IMG/VR virus record: IMGVR_UViG_3300032212_000088
Location: 1-35,938 of that record
Source of the DNA: a virus
Taxonomy: Duplodnaviria; Caudoviricetes
Length of the DNA: 35,938 nt
Strand: one strand, 5' to 3'
The position numbers and the translations under genes were made by a program. Each line of letters begins with the position of its first letter. Within the stretch, counting starts at the first letter, position 1. Below, in pieces: positions 7,586 through 16,702 of this stretch. The notes under the pieces are model-generated. The model ran no database searches, was not told the DNA's origin, and worked only from the letters and a program-made list of their open reading frames with translations.

Positions 7586-9811
7586 CTAATGCGGCCCGTC
7601 GATGACTTCACGAACAAGACCAAGATCCGAGGACGTCATGTGAAACAGATCCCCTGGATTGCGTTTTGAATCGAAATAGGTGCGCGCCGTGGCAATGTCG
7701 CCGGACGTTGGCGCGACACCCCAGGCGGACGTGCAGACGCCATAAATGCGCGGACCATTGCGCAGCCAGTTATCCATGTAGGTGTGAACATCATCGGTGA
7801 AGGACGTATTCGCCACACCCGCCACAAAGCGATAACCCTCGACCATGATGATATCAGTCGGCCCCAGGCCCACGGCCGCGAAATTCACATTGATATAAGA
7901 GGCATTGGTGGAATTCACCATCAGGGCGAAGCCCTTGGAACGCGCATAGGCATAGGCCAGATCGCGCATGGTGGAATCGATATAGCCACCATTCGAGAAG
8001 TCCGCGCAGATATCATAGAAGATCCCGTCCGGCCGGATCGCTTCCGGCAAAGCGGCATAGTAATCCACCCAGGCATAGACATTTGGCAGGGACGTGGTGG
8101 GCGGGCCGGACGGCCAGCGCTCGGCATAGGTGCCAAGATAGCCGCATGTTGTTCCGGCCGCGGCATCGGCCGCGGGCGAGACATAGGCAAAGACCCGGCC
8201 ATCCGGCCGCAAGCGCCGGTATTCCAGGATCACTTCATGAATATACGCATACTTGGTGTCATGACAGCCATCGAGCGAGACGGAGACGGTTTCGGACGGG
8301 AAAGCGATATCGTCCGGCGCATTGACAAAGTGCGATGGCACAAAAACAGAGAAGTCGGCGCACCGCTTGGCAAAGCCCTGCCAGTCCGCGCTATAATCGC
8401 CGGTCAGGGCCGCCGCGATATTCTGGTAAAAGCCCTGGCAGACCAGACCGGAATCCGGCAGCACGCCATTCGGCACGCCCATGAATTCAATCTCGAACGA
8501 ACAATCGGCATTGGCATCAAAGTTAAGATTGCCGCCGGATCCTTGCGCCGCGAAGGCTTCAAAGTAATCGCCCGATCGCACACGAATCGGGCCGGTTGTC
8601 AGATCAAAGCAAGTCGTGACAGATCCGGCCGCGGCCTGGATCTCATTGCGGCCGCCACCGTAAATCGCGGCGCCATTCTTTTTGATCACCAGGCGGCGAT
8701 AGCCGGTCGCATTGGCGGCGAATTGCCCGCGCAGCTTCACCCGAACAAAACACCCATCGAGGCTAGCCGGAACGGATAGCGCCGCGGGCGTACCGACCGC
8801 CCAGGCGCCCGCCGTATCCTCTTGCAGACTCTCCCAATCGATCTTGGTTTCCGTGCCGGTTGTCAAAGCCACCGCCGAGGACAGAACCACCCGCGTTACC
8901 CGGTGCGGCTGAACCAGGTGCAGGGGCAAAGCCGACGCACCCGCATAGCGCCCTGGGCGGCGCGTCTTGTTAAAGGCCAGCTGAATCGCATCTTGCTGAT
9001 TGCGGGCGGTTTCCAATTGCGCAGGCGCGCACCGATCGGATAAAAACCAGCGGCCCGCACTGGCCGGGCGATCGTCCGGCCGGATGACATTATAGCCGTC
9101 CGGCGTCACGGTTGAATCCGGCAGGAAAGTCGCCAGGCGGCCCGTGCCATTGGCGGCCTCGGTTTCATCGCGCACAAAGCCGGACACCTTGGCGGTGACG
9201 CCGGTTGTTGGCTCCAGCGCCAATTGCGCCAGGCTGGCGAAGATCCCGAATTCCGTTGTTCCGGCTTTCGAGGAGGCCGCGCTCGTCAATTCCGACGCGG
9301 TATCCAGCAAGCCTTCCAGCTGCGCCACGGTTGGCGCGTCTGTATCCCATCCCTGGCCATCGGCATCGCCCGCCAGGATCCGGCCCGCCATTGTCGCCGC
9401 GGGCGGTAGAGCGTCCCTGGCGGCCTCACCGCGCGGGATCCGGATGGCGCGATCCACATCGCGCCGGATCTCCTGGTCAGACTTTGTGAGGCGATCATAT
9501 TCGGTATTCAGCGGTTGCGGCCGCACATCGACAGAGATCGACGTCGCGCGCTCATCGTCGCGCACGCCCTCGATCGTGACGACATCCAAAGCCGTCGCGC
9601 CGATCGCCAGGGTGATCGTGCCGCCCGCCGCATCGCCAACGCCCGACACGCTATAATCGGTTGTCAGAATGAGGGTGGATTCAACACTATCGCGCAAGCG
9701 TGTAACGCGCACCTCGTCGGCCGCGTCGATCGGAAAGTCATAGGTGAATTCGGTTTGACCGGAAGAGGCGCTATACGGCCCCGATCGCCGATCGTTTGCG
9801 GATATCGTCAT
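7586..9811 (-). CDS. Tail fibre/tailspike (T7 gp17-like N-terminus, C1q-like middle, glycoside hydrolase-like C-terminus)
   Basis: GQTEFTYDFPI...TDYSVSG...GGTITL anchor; RRLVIKKNG...GDYFE beta-sandwich; VFAYVS...PDGIFYD...MVN...IMVEGY TIM-barrel-like motifs. Confidence 0.75.
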   Translation of the reverse strand: MTISANDRRSGPYSASSGQTEFTYDFPIDAADEVRVTRLRDSVESTLILTTDYSVSGVGDAAGGTITLAIGATALDVVTIEGVRDDERATSISVDVRPQPLNTEYDRLTKSDQEIRRDVDRAIRIPRGEAARDALPPAATMAGRILAGDADGQGWDTDAPTVAQLEGLLDTASELTSAASSKAGTTEFGIFASLAQLALEPTTGVTAKVSGFVRDETEAANGTGRLATFLPDSTVTPDGYNVIRPDDRPASAGRWFLSDRCAPAQLETARNQQDAIQLAFNKTRRPGRYAGASALPLHLVQPHRVTRVVLSSAVALTTGTETKIDWESLQEDTAGAWAVGTPAALSVPASLDGCFVRVKLRGQFAANATGYRRLVIKKNGAAIYGGGRNEIQAAAGSVTTCFDLTTGPIRVRSGDYFEAFAAQGSGGNLNFDANADCSFEIEFMGVPNGVLPDSGLVCQGFYQNIAAALTGDYSADWQGFAKRCADFSVFVPSHFVNAPDDIAFPSETVSVSLDGCHDTKYAYIHEVILEYRRLRPDGRVFAYVSPAADAAAGTTCGYLGTYAERWPSGPPTTSLPNVYAWVDYYAALPEAIRPDGIFYDICADFSNGGYIDSTMRDLAYAYARSKGFALMVNSTNASYINVNFAAVGLGPTDIIMVEGYRFVAGVANTSFTDDVHTYMDNWLRNGPRIYGVCTSAWGVAPTSGDIATARTYFDSKRNPGDLFHMTSSDLGLVREVIDGPH

Positions 9812-9838
9812 AGCCCGTTCCGGATTGCGTCAATCCGA

Positions 9839-9870
9839 AAGATAGGCGCACACCGCGGCCGGGTGACTAA
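9839..9870 (-). promoter_or_regulatory. Putative late promoter upstream of the tail fibre
   Basis: TTAGTCACCCG-N15-TATCTT. Confidence 0.7.
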
Positions 9871-12347
9871 TTCGCGGGCGCTTCGGCCAGGGCATTGCCG
9901 AGATCCGGCGCGCGCTCCGGCGTCATATCGCCTGGCGCCCACCAATACCCTTGACCGTAATCGCGATCATAGCGGCGCTCCAGGCGGCGTTGACGGCCGC
10001 GCGCATCCGGATCGATAAACTCCTCGACTTCATCCAGGATCAGGCGCTCATACGCTAGGCGCAGATACCAGATCGAACCGCCGGGCGTGTTGCCCTTGAT
10101 AAACCGCAACGCCTCGCCCGCGGCGTTGGTATCTTCCTGCTGGCCGATCTCCATCAGATTGCCGACCGTCAGGCGCCGCACATCATCCGCCAATTGCGTC
10201 AAAGGCCCGCCGACCGTTGTTGCCAGGCCGCCGCCAAAGCGGTTGACGTCTTGCCCCAGGAAGTCGCCAAAGATCCCCAGGCCGCCGCCTTGCAGCATCG
10301 CCGCGCCCCAAAACTCCGGCGACGTCATAGGCCGGGGATCCCGGCCCTTCGAGATCTCTTTCAGCTGCAATGCCAGGGCGCCCAATACGGTTGTTGTGAT
10401 CAGCACCTTGGCCGCATAGCGCCCGGCCGCCACGCTTCCCGCCTGGGCCGCCACGGCCGCACCGCGTCCCGTGAAGAGGATCATGACGGTTGAAGGAAAG
10501 GATTTATACATCGAGAAGGAGCGCAACAGCGTGCCGACAAATGTCCCTGGCTGATTCTGCGATACCAGGAAAGACCGGCCGCGAAGGCTGGCGGTTGGCA
10601 CCGCGTATTCGGTTTCCGTCATAACCATTTCCAGGACGCGATCGGCCAGGCTATTGGCCGCGTCCGGATCCAGATCCGTGCGATCGGCGATATCGTCCGG
10701 CCGCAAGAAGGTTGCGCCCGGCTTTGGCTCATACATCGGGGTTGACCGGATGGCCTCCCATTGCCCGGCATCGATACCGTAACGGCCCAGGGTTTGCTGC
10801 AACTCGTCCGGCAGATCCTTGAACGTCCGGCCCGCATTGTCGGCCATGAAGCCCATAAACTCCATGCCGAAAGACCAGCGCCCGGCTTGCGTCCAGGGCG
10901 AGAGGAGCGACCAGCGCAAGGTGAGATCCGCCAATTGGCGCGCCCACTCATGCCCCACAAATTCGCCCGCATAGCGCGCTTGCGCCAAGCCGAGATTTGC
11001 CGCGCCGTCCGCGATCAAGCCCAGGCGCACCGCCGCCAGCTTGTCCACGCCCTCGCCGGGCATCATCAATTTCAGGACACGCTGCAAAGGCACGGCCGAA
11101 TTCATGCCGACCATCCGGCGCGCGATCCGCGTGAATCCGGTATCGGAGATGGCCGAGATCATCGCCGAGCCCAGCTGGGCCGCTACCTTCAACGATGCAG
11201 CCGTGCCGACCCACCGCGCCAAGCGCCCGTCGACCGGCGCATTGGCCGATCCAGAATGCATCGCCCACATATCGCGCATGACTTTGATCCGGCCGCGCGC
11301 CCGATCGATCGATCGGCCGCCCGTTTGCGCATCATCGAGGACGGCGGCGCGTTCAACCAGGCTTTCCAGATAGCGCACCGTGGCATTGGGATTTGGCCCC
11401 AATATCTCCATTGACGCGATATCGCGCGAGAGGGAATCAATATGCTCCATCATCGCCGCAAACGGATCCGCATGGCCAAAGCGCTCCTGGTATTCCATCC
11501 AGGCATCGGGATCCCGAAACACCATAAAGCGATGATCCGCGCGCGTGTTGGCCAGGCGGCCATTTCCCCGCACGCTTGAAGCATCGCGGCGACTCCAGCC
11601 CTCCGTGGTGATCGCGTGATAGGCTTCCACCAGGCGCTTGTGCAGGGCGGCATCGGTGATCGGGCGGCCGGTCAATTCATCCACCATGCGCGCGCGGTCC
11701 AGGCGCGGCCGGACATAATCCAGCCAGTCATTCAGACCCACGGCGCGCACCGCCTGGCTATCGTGCTTTTGTGGCAGACCCCAATCGCTCCGGCTGGCGA
11801 TCGCGCCACCGGCCGCGTTAAAGCGCTTGCGCAGGAATTCCGCCGAATCCGACCAGGATCTCGCCAGGGCGCGCGCCGAAGCATCGCCGGTATCCTGGCC
11901 AAAGGCTTCGCGCACCATATTGCGCAGATCCGCCTTGTTGCGCGTGCGCCCTACATTGTCGCGCTCAAAGTGCAGGATCGCCCTGGCCATCCGTGCGTGC
12001 GCGCGGCCGCGGATGGCCTTCCAGCGGCTTGTGACACTCGACCAGGTGCGCGCTCCAAAGTGCTCGATCAGATCCGCAATGGCATTAAAATCCGTGCCGT
12101 TCTTTGTTTGCGCCCGGATCCGCCGCGCGGCGGCCTGCTGCAAGCGGACCTGCTGGCGATTCTTCACGGCCTCGGCATCGAGGCGATCAAACGCCGCGCG
12201 GCCCGCGGCATCCGCGGCCGCATCATCGCCGAGATCCGCGCGGATCTGCTCGAATTCATCGTCGAAGATCTCGCGCGCCCTGGCCGCTTGTTCCGGCGTG
12301 ATCGTGCCTTCCGCTTCCGCATTGATGATACATTGGCGAAAACTCAT
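9867..12347 (-). CDS. Large internal virion (ejectosome) protein
   Basis: 826-aa helical protein just before the tail fibre; LKEISKGRDPRP...QGGGLGIFGDF pattern typical of BPP-1-like internal proteins; ATGA-coupled start. Confidence 0.7.
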   Translation of the reverse strand: MSFRQCIINAEAEGTITPEQAARAREIFDDEFEQIRADLGDDAAADAAGRAAFDRLDAEAVKNRQQVRLQQAAARRIRAQTKNGTDFNAIADLIEHFGARTWSSVTSRWKAIRGRAHARMARAILHFERDNVGRTRNKADLRNMVREAFGQDTGDASARALARSWSDSAEFLRKRFNAAGGAIASRSDWGLPQKHDSQAVRAVGLNDWLDYVRPRLDRARMVDELTGRPITDAALHKRLVEAYHAITTEGWSRRDASSVRGNGRLANTRADHRFMVFRDPDAWMEYQERFGHADPFAAMMEHIDSLSRDIASMEILGPNPNATVRYLESLVERAAVLDDAQTGGRSIDRARGRIKVMRDMWAMHSGSANAPVDGRLARWVGTAASLKVAAQLGSAMISAISDTGFTRIARRMVGMNSAVPLQRVLKLMMPGEGVDKLAAVRLGLIADGAANLGLAQARYAGEFVGHEWARQLADLTLRWSLLSPWTQAGRWSFGMEFMGFMADNAGRTFKDLPDELQQTLGRYGIDAGQWEAIRSTPMYEPKPGATFLRPDDIADRTDLDPDAANSLADRVLEMVMTETEYAVPTASLRGRSFLVSQNQPGTFVGTLLRSFSMYKSFPSTVMILFTGRGAAVAAQAGSVAAGRYAAKVLITTTVLGALALQLKEISKGRDPRPMTSPEFWGAAMLQGGGLGIFGDFLGQDVNRFGGGLATTVGGPLTQLADDVRRLTVGNLMEIGQQEDTNAAGEALRFIKGNTPGGSIWYLRLAYERLILDEVEEFIDPDARGRQRRLERRYDRDYGQGYWWAPGDMTPERAPDLGNALAEAPAN

Positions 12348-15300
12348 TTTACACACCCCCGCAAGCGCTCGATCAGCGCATCTTCCTGGGCGAGATCCGC
12401 GTCGATCTCTTCATCCGACCGCAAGACCGGCGCATCGCGGCCGTCCTCGTCAATGCGGGCGCCGACCGGAGTCGCGTCAAAGAGATCAGATTGCGGCTCA
12501 CCAAACAGCCCACCAGGCTCGGCATCGCCACCGCGCAAGGGCGCAGCCTGGCGGTTGGCGATATCCAGCGCATCCCGCTGCGCACGCGCAACAGGGGCCA
12601 CGCCTGGAATCAGCGTTTGCCCTGGTAAAGCATTCTCACCGGATCCGGCGAGATCTATGTCTTGGGATTGCGCGCCTGGCGCTTCTTGTCCATCAGCGCG
12701 TGAAGGCGATCGGACTCCGCTTTGCTCGTCGGCGTCAGATATAATTCCCGCGTCCGCTGATTGTCGATCGGCGGGCGGGACGAACTCTTCGATGCCATCT
12801 AAAAGACCTCCTTTGTCTTCTAAAATTTCAGGAGGACGACCGAAGGGCTGGGTATTTCCAATGCGAGCATTGGCATCCGTGAGCCCCTCATCCACCATAT
12901 AGCGATAAGTTGCGGAAATAGCAACGTCCTCGGTGTCAAAAAGCGCCAGCGGCACCAGGCGATTAGAGCGCACAAAGCGCGCCGCATTGCGCCGGATAGC
13001 CTCTTCGCGTGGCACCACCATTTCAATAAGGTTGATCGTATAGCCCTGCTCGCGCAGCGCATCGATCCGCGGCATCAAATGATCCGCACTCTGGCCGACC
13101 GTTGGCAAGACCAGGTTATCGCCCTGGCGCGCCAGATCGCGCAGGGCCAGATCATTCATCCGCGAAGATTGCCGATGCGTGAAACTCGCGCCCGCGCCAT
13201 CATCATAGCCGGGGATGATCTTTTTGAATTCATCAGAATCGATGATCGCCGATCGCGTGCGCCGGGCGATCGGATTGGCAAGGGTGGATTTGCCCGCCGC
13301 GGGCCAGCCCACAAGAATATATGCCTGGCGATCCTGGGCCGGGCGCCAGTCGTCCGGCATCGCCTCGGTAAGATCATCATCCCACCAGCCCATAAACCGC
13401 TGGCGCTCGACCATTGCATCCACCGCGTCAATTACGCCCGTCACGGGGCCAACGCCCGGCACATCGAATTGCGCCTCATCCATCCAGCGCGCCGCATCTT
13501 CATCCGTCGCCAGATTATTATAGGCTTCCAGGCTATCGCCGCGGCCCGCCATGTCCTCTTCACGCGCGCGGATCAGCGGATTGCTTTGCAATTCTTCCAG
13601 GCTGGCGCCGCGATCGACGATATCCATCAATTCCGCTTTTGCGGCCGGATCCGGATCTGCGAGATCTTCATCCAGGCGCGCGGCGTCCGATCGCAATGGC
13701 GGGCGCGTAGGATCCACGCCAAAAGCCGAGCGCGCCTGGCGCTCGTCAAATATGCGATATTCAACCTCTAAAGCGGTTTCCCCGACTCCGCCCATAATGC
13801 CGCCATCATAACCCGCGCGGCGGGCGCTTTCGACAAAAGCAAAATCATCAAACGCATGATAGGCATTGAGATACAATTCGCCGAGGCGATCGGGCGCTCG
13901 ATCCAGAAGATCGGCGACACTATCGAAGTCGGCCGCAAAATTATCCTCCCAGTTACTTGTCGCCTCCAAAGCGTCCGAATGACGACGCGCAAAATCAATG
14001 GCCGGGGCCTCCCCCATCACATCGATCAACACCGGCATATCAATAAACGGATCCGCAGCATCGCTCACAACAGGGTTACGGATCTGCAGATAAACAGGAA
14101 AAACACGCGGCGCCGCAACGATATCGCCGGGATTATTTGGCGAAACAGAATAGAGACTCGCCGCCTCGCGCGATCCAAATGACAAGCTGGCCAGGCGCGT
14201 TTGAAATTGCCGGTTTCCGATTTCTTCTCGCGACGGATCTTGTCCAGTCGTCGGTTCCTCCGGCTCGGAGCGGGCTTTCGCCCTTTCGGTTATCGCGCCA
14301 TGTTCGCCGCGATATACTATTAGGGGCGCACCGGAATCGTCCAGAACGCGAGAATTCTCGATCCATTCATTAAATGGCTCTAACCGGCCCTCTTCATCCA
14401 GGCGCTCGGCCTGGGCGCGGGCGCCATCGCCCGCAGGCGCATCAAAGGCGTCCAGGGCTTCATCGGACGGATCCGGCTCTATTTCGGCGCGGCGCTCCGA
14501 ATCCGGCGCGCGCGATCCTGCAGGCGAAACAGGGCTTCCCGCTCCATCAGCGAGGAGGCGATCGAGGCCGCCGTCGCTAAGGAGATCGTCAAGTCGTCTT
14601 GTGAAGTCTCTGGCGGCGCGGGCGGCCGTTTGCCCGTCTGCGACGGCCCGCGCGGCTTCGTTGAGCGCGTCCGAGACGGGGCCGCGCCGCGTGGCGAGTT
14701 TTTGGAGCGTTTCGAGGAGGACGGCGTTTGCATTGGCTCTTTCCTGGTTTGTGTCGCGCGACAGACGATTGCCCGCAGATTCGATCCGCTCGGCCTCTTC
14801 TGTCAAGGTTGCAAAGATCCGGCGATCCTGGCGCAAGATCCGCGCGGCGTTGGAGAGCACCTTCGCGCGCTCGCCGATCAGCGACGAAGCGAAGGCTTCG
14901 GATCCAAAAAGGCTCACCGTCTCTTCACGCTGGAAACCGGCCGCGAGCGCCTGGCGGACGATCGATTCCGCTTCATACGCGCTGGACGGATCCACGCGCG
15001 CCAGGACTTGCATAATGGCGGTTTGCTCGTCTTCCAGATCCACCATGCGCCCGACGATCGCGGCATAATTGGCCGGGACAAGCTCGTTGACCGTCATTTG
15101 AAAAGGGCCATCGCCCAGGCGCATCAGGCCCGTTGCGTCGCGCATCAGGGCCGATCGCATCGGGATGGCATCGGTCAGAAGATCCGGACGCTCGCGCAGC
15201 ACCTTGGCCGCATCGATCGCCGTGCCGGTTCCCTCGGCGAGATTGCGCATTGCCGCAATGGCGCGCATGTCGGAAGCCGTCAGCCCATCGGATTCGCGGT

Positions 15301-16702
15301 GAATGATGGCGCGGATCCGGATTTCATCGCGCATTTCCGGATTCTCGGTAATCAGGCGCCGGGCCAGGCCCGTCCGCTGATGGCCGTCCACAACAAAAAG
15401 GCGGCCGTCAAGATCCTGCCAGACCATAATTTCACCGGCCAGCGTGCTATCCCATCGCTGAACCCCCGCCAGGCGATCGCTCACCCCTTCGGCATCGCCA
15501 CCGGATTTAAACTGGAAGCGCTCGGCATCGACAAGGATCTGCATCGGATCCAGGGCCGGTTGCAATTCAAACACCGTGCCTTCCGGCAATCCGGCGAGAT
15601 CTTCGGGAATCGCATCGGGCGGCGCTTCGGATCTCTCCATCGCGGCCAGGGCGCGCGACGTGGGCTCGTCGGCACGCTCGGCAATTTCCATCGCGGCATC
15701 CAGGCGCGTGCGATGCTCGACACTATCCTCGATCGACTCCCCGATCGGGTTGACGTCCTCGATCTCGATCTCGCGATCCAGGACACCGCGCGCGTCAATT
15801 TCCGATGGCGTTGGATCCGTTACCAATTCATGATGCGCGCGCACCAGGCGCCGCGGCGGGAGGCGCGTCAGAGCCTCGCGCGTTTCCTGGCGCAGCGCGT
15901 CACGCATCGCTGCAGCGCGCACCCATTCCTGATTGCGCAAGCCGGGGATCCGCGACATGGCCAGGCCGGACGAATCCAGGGCGCGGCCCGCAGCTGGAAG
16001 CCCGCCACCGACCACCGCGCCAAACAGCGCCGCACCGCCAACGCGGTACACACCTTCTTCCAGCGTGATCGGATCCAGGCCCAATTCCTGGCGCCAGGCA
16101 TTGGCCAGCGGCACGTTGGCCAATTCGACGCCCGCATTGATCGCCGCCTCGCCCAAGGCGATCTTTGCGATTGGCACCGTGCGCCCGGCAAAGCCAAGCG
16201 GCAGGGTTGCGATATTTACCGGATCCGTAAACGCGCCACCAAAGCCCCCGATCAGGCCGGGTATAAACTCGGCTTCGCTGGCGCGGGCATGAATATCCGC
16301 GGCGCGATCGCGCATCACTTCTTCCCAGGCATCGCGATCGCGGATCTGCGTACCGTATTCCGGCCGCTCGGCGCGCAATTCATCGATGCGGCGATTCAGC
16401 CATTCCGCATTGCGCACGAACATATCGCGGCCGCCAGTTTCATCGGAGGCGCCCATGACCGCCATGAACACTTCATCAACGATCGTGTCGGGAATTATAT
16501 GGTTAGGGTGCGGCAGGCGGACGCCCGTCACGGACTCGACTTCATCGATGCGCTCTTGCCAGATCCGATCGCGCAAATGCGACTCGGCATTAAAATTGTC
16601 CAGGTTGCGCATCGCCTCGAAAGAGGCTTCCACCTGTTCGGTGAAACTTTGCGGACGGCGGGCGGCGCGCTGCGCAGCCGGAAGGCGCGGCGTCTCGAAC
16701 AT
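12344..16702 (-). CDS. Polyvalent internal virion protein with ParB-like, ADP-ribosyltransferase-like and zeta-toxin-like P-loop kinase domains
   Basis: VVDGHQR; PLIVYRGEH...VFPVYLQIRNP...GYDG...EYRIF; GWPAAGKST...IIDSDEFKK; TGATG-coupled start at 16702 (1452 aa). Confidence 0.75.
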   Translation of the reverse strand: MFETPRLPAAQRAARRPQSFTEQVEASFEAMRNLDNFNAESHLRDRIWQERIDEVESVTGVRLPHPNHIIPDTIVDEVFMAVMGASDETGGRDMFVRNAEWLNRRIDELRAERPEYGTQIRDRDAWEEVMRDRAADIHARASEAEFIPGLIGGFGGAFTDPVNIATLPLGFAGRTVPIAKIALGEAAINAGVELANVPLANAWRQELGLDPITLEEGVYRVGGAALFGAVVGGGLPAAGRALDSSGLAMSRIPGLRNQEWVRAAAMRDALRQETREALTRLPPRRLVRAHHELVTDPTPSEIDARGVLDREIEIEDVNPIGESIEDSVEHRTRLDAAMEIAERADEPTSRALAAMERSEAPPDAIPEDLAGLPEGTVFELQPALDPMQILVDAERFQFKSGGDAEGVSDRLAGVQRWDSTLAGEIMVWQDLDGRLFVVDGHQRTGLARRLITENPEMRDEIRIRAIIHRESDGLTASDMRAIAAMRNLAEGTGTAIDAAKVLRERPDLLTDAIPMRSALMRDATGLMRLGDGPFQMTVNELVPANYAAIVGRMVDLEDEQTAIMQVLARVDPSSAYEAESIVRQALAAGFQREETVSLFGSEAFASSLIGERAKVLSNAARILRQDRRIFATLTEEAERIESAGNRLSRDTNQERANANAVLLETLQKLATRRGPVSDALNEAARAVADGQTAARAARDFTRRLDDLLSDGGLDRLLADGAGSPVSPAGSRAPDSERRAEIEPDPSDEALDAFDAPAGDGARAQAERLDEEGRLEPFNEWIENSRVLDDSGAPLIVYRGEHGAITERAKARSEPEEPTTGQDPSREEIGNRQFQTRLASLSFGSREAASLYSVSPNNPGDIVAAPRVFPVYLQIRNPVVSDAADPFIDMPVLIDVMGEAPAIDFARRHSDALEATSNWEDNFAADFDSVADLLDRAPDRLGELYLNAYHAFDDFAFVESARRAGYDGGIMGGVGETALEVEYRIFDERQARSAFGVDPTRPPLRSDAARLDEDLADPDPAAKAELMDIVDRGASLEELQSNPLIRAREEDMAGRGDSLEAYNNLATDEDAARWMDEAQFDVPGVGPVTGVIDAVDAMVERQRFMGWWDDDLTEAMPDDWRPAQDRQAYILVGWPAAGKSTLANPIARRTRSAIIDSDEFKKIIPGYDDGAGASFTHRQSSRMNDLALRDLARQGDNLVLPTVGQSADHLMPRIDALREQGYTINLIEMVVPREEAIRRNAARFVRSNRLVPLALFDTEDVAISATYRYMVDEGLTDANARIGNTQPFGRPPEILEDKGGLLDGIEEFVPPADRQSADAGIISDADEQSGVRSPSRADGQEAPGAQSQDIDLAGSGENALPGQTLIPGVAPVARAQRDALDIANRQAAPLRGGDAEPGGLFGEPQSDLFDATPVGARIDEDGRDAPVLRSDEEIDADLAQEDALIERLRGCVK

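Noticed and set aside
7586-9811. Diversity-generating retroelement, expected from BPP-1-like architecture
   Set aside because: No reverse transcriptase ORF and no TR/VR repeat pair were seen.
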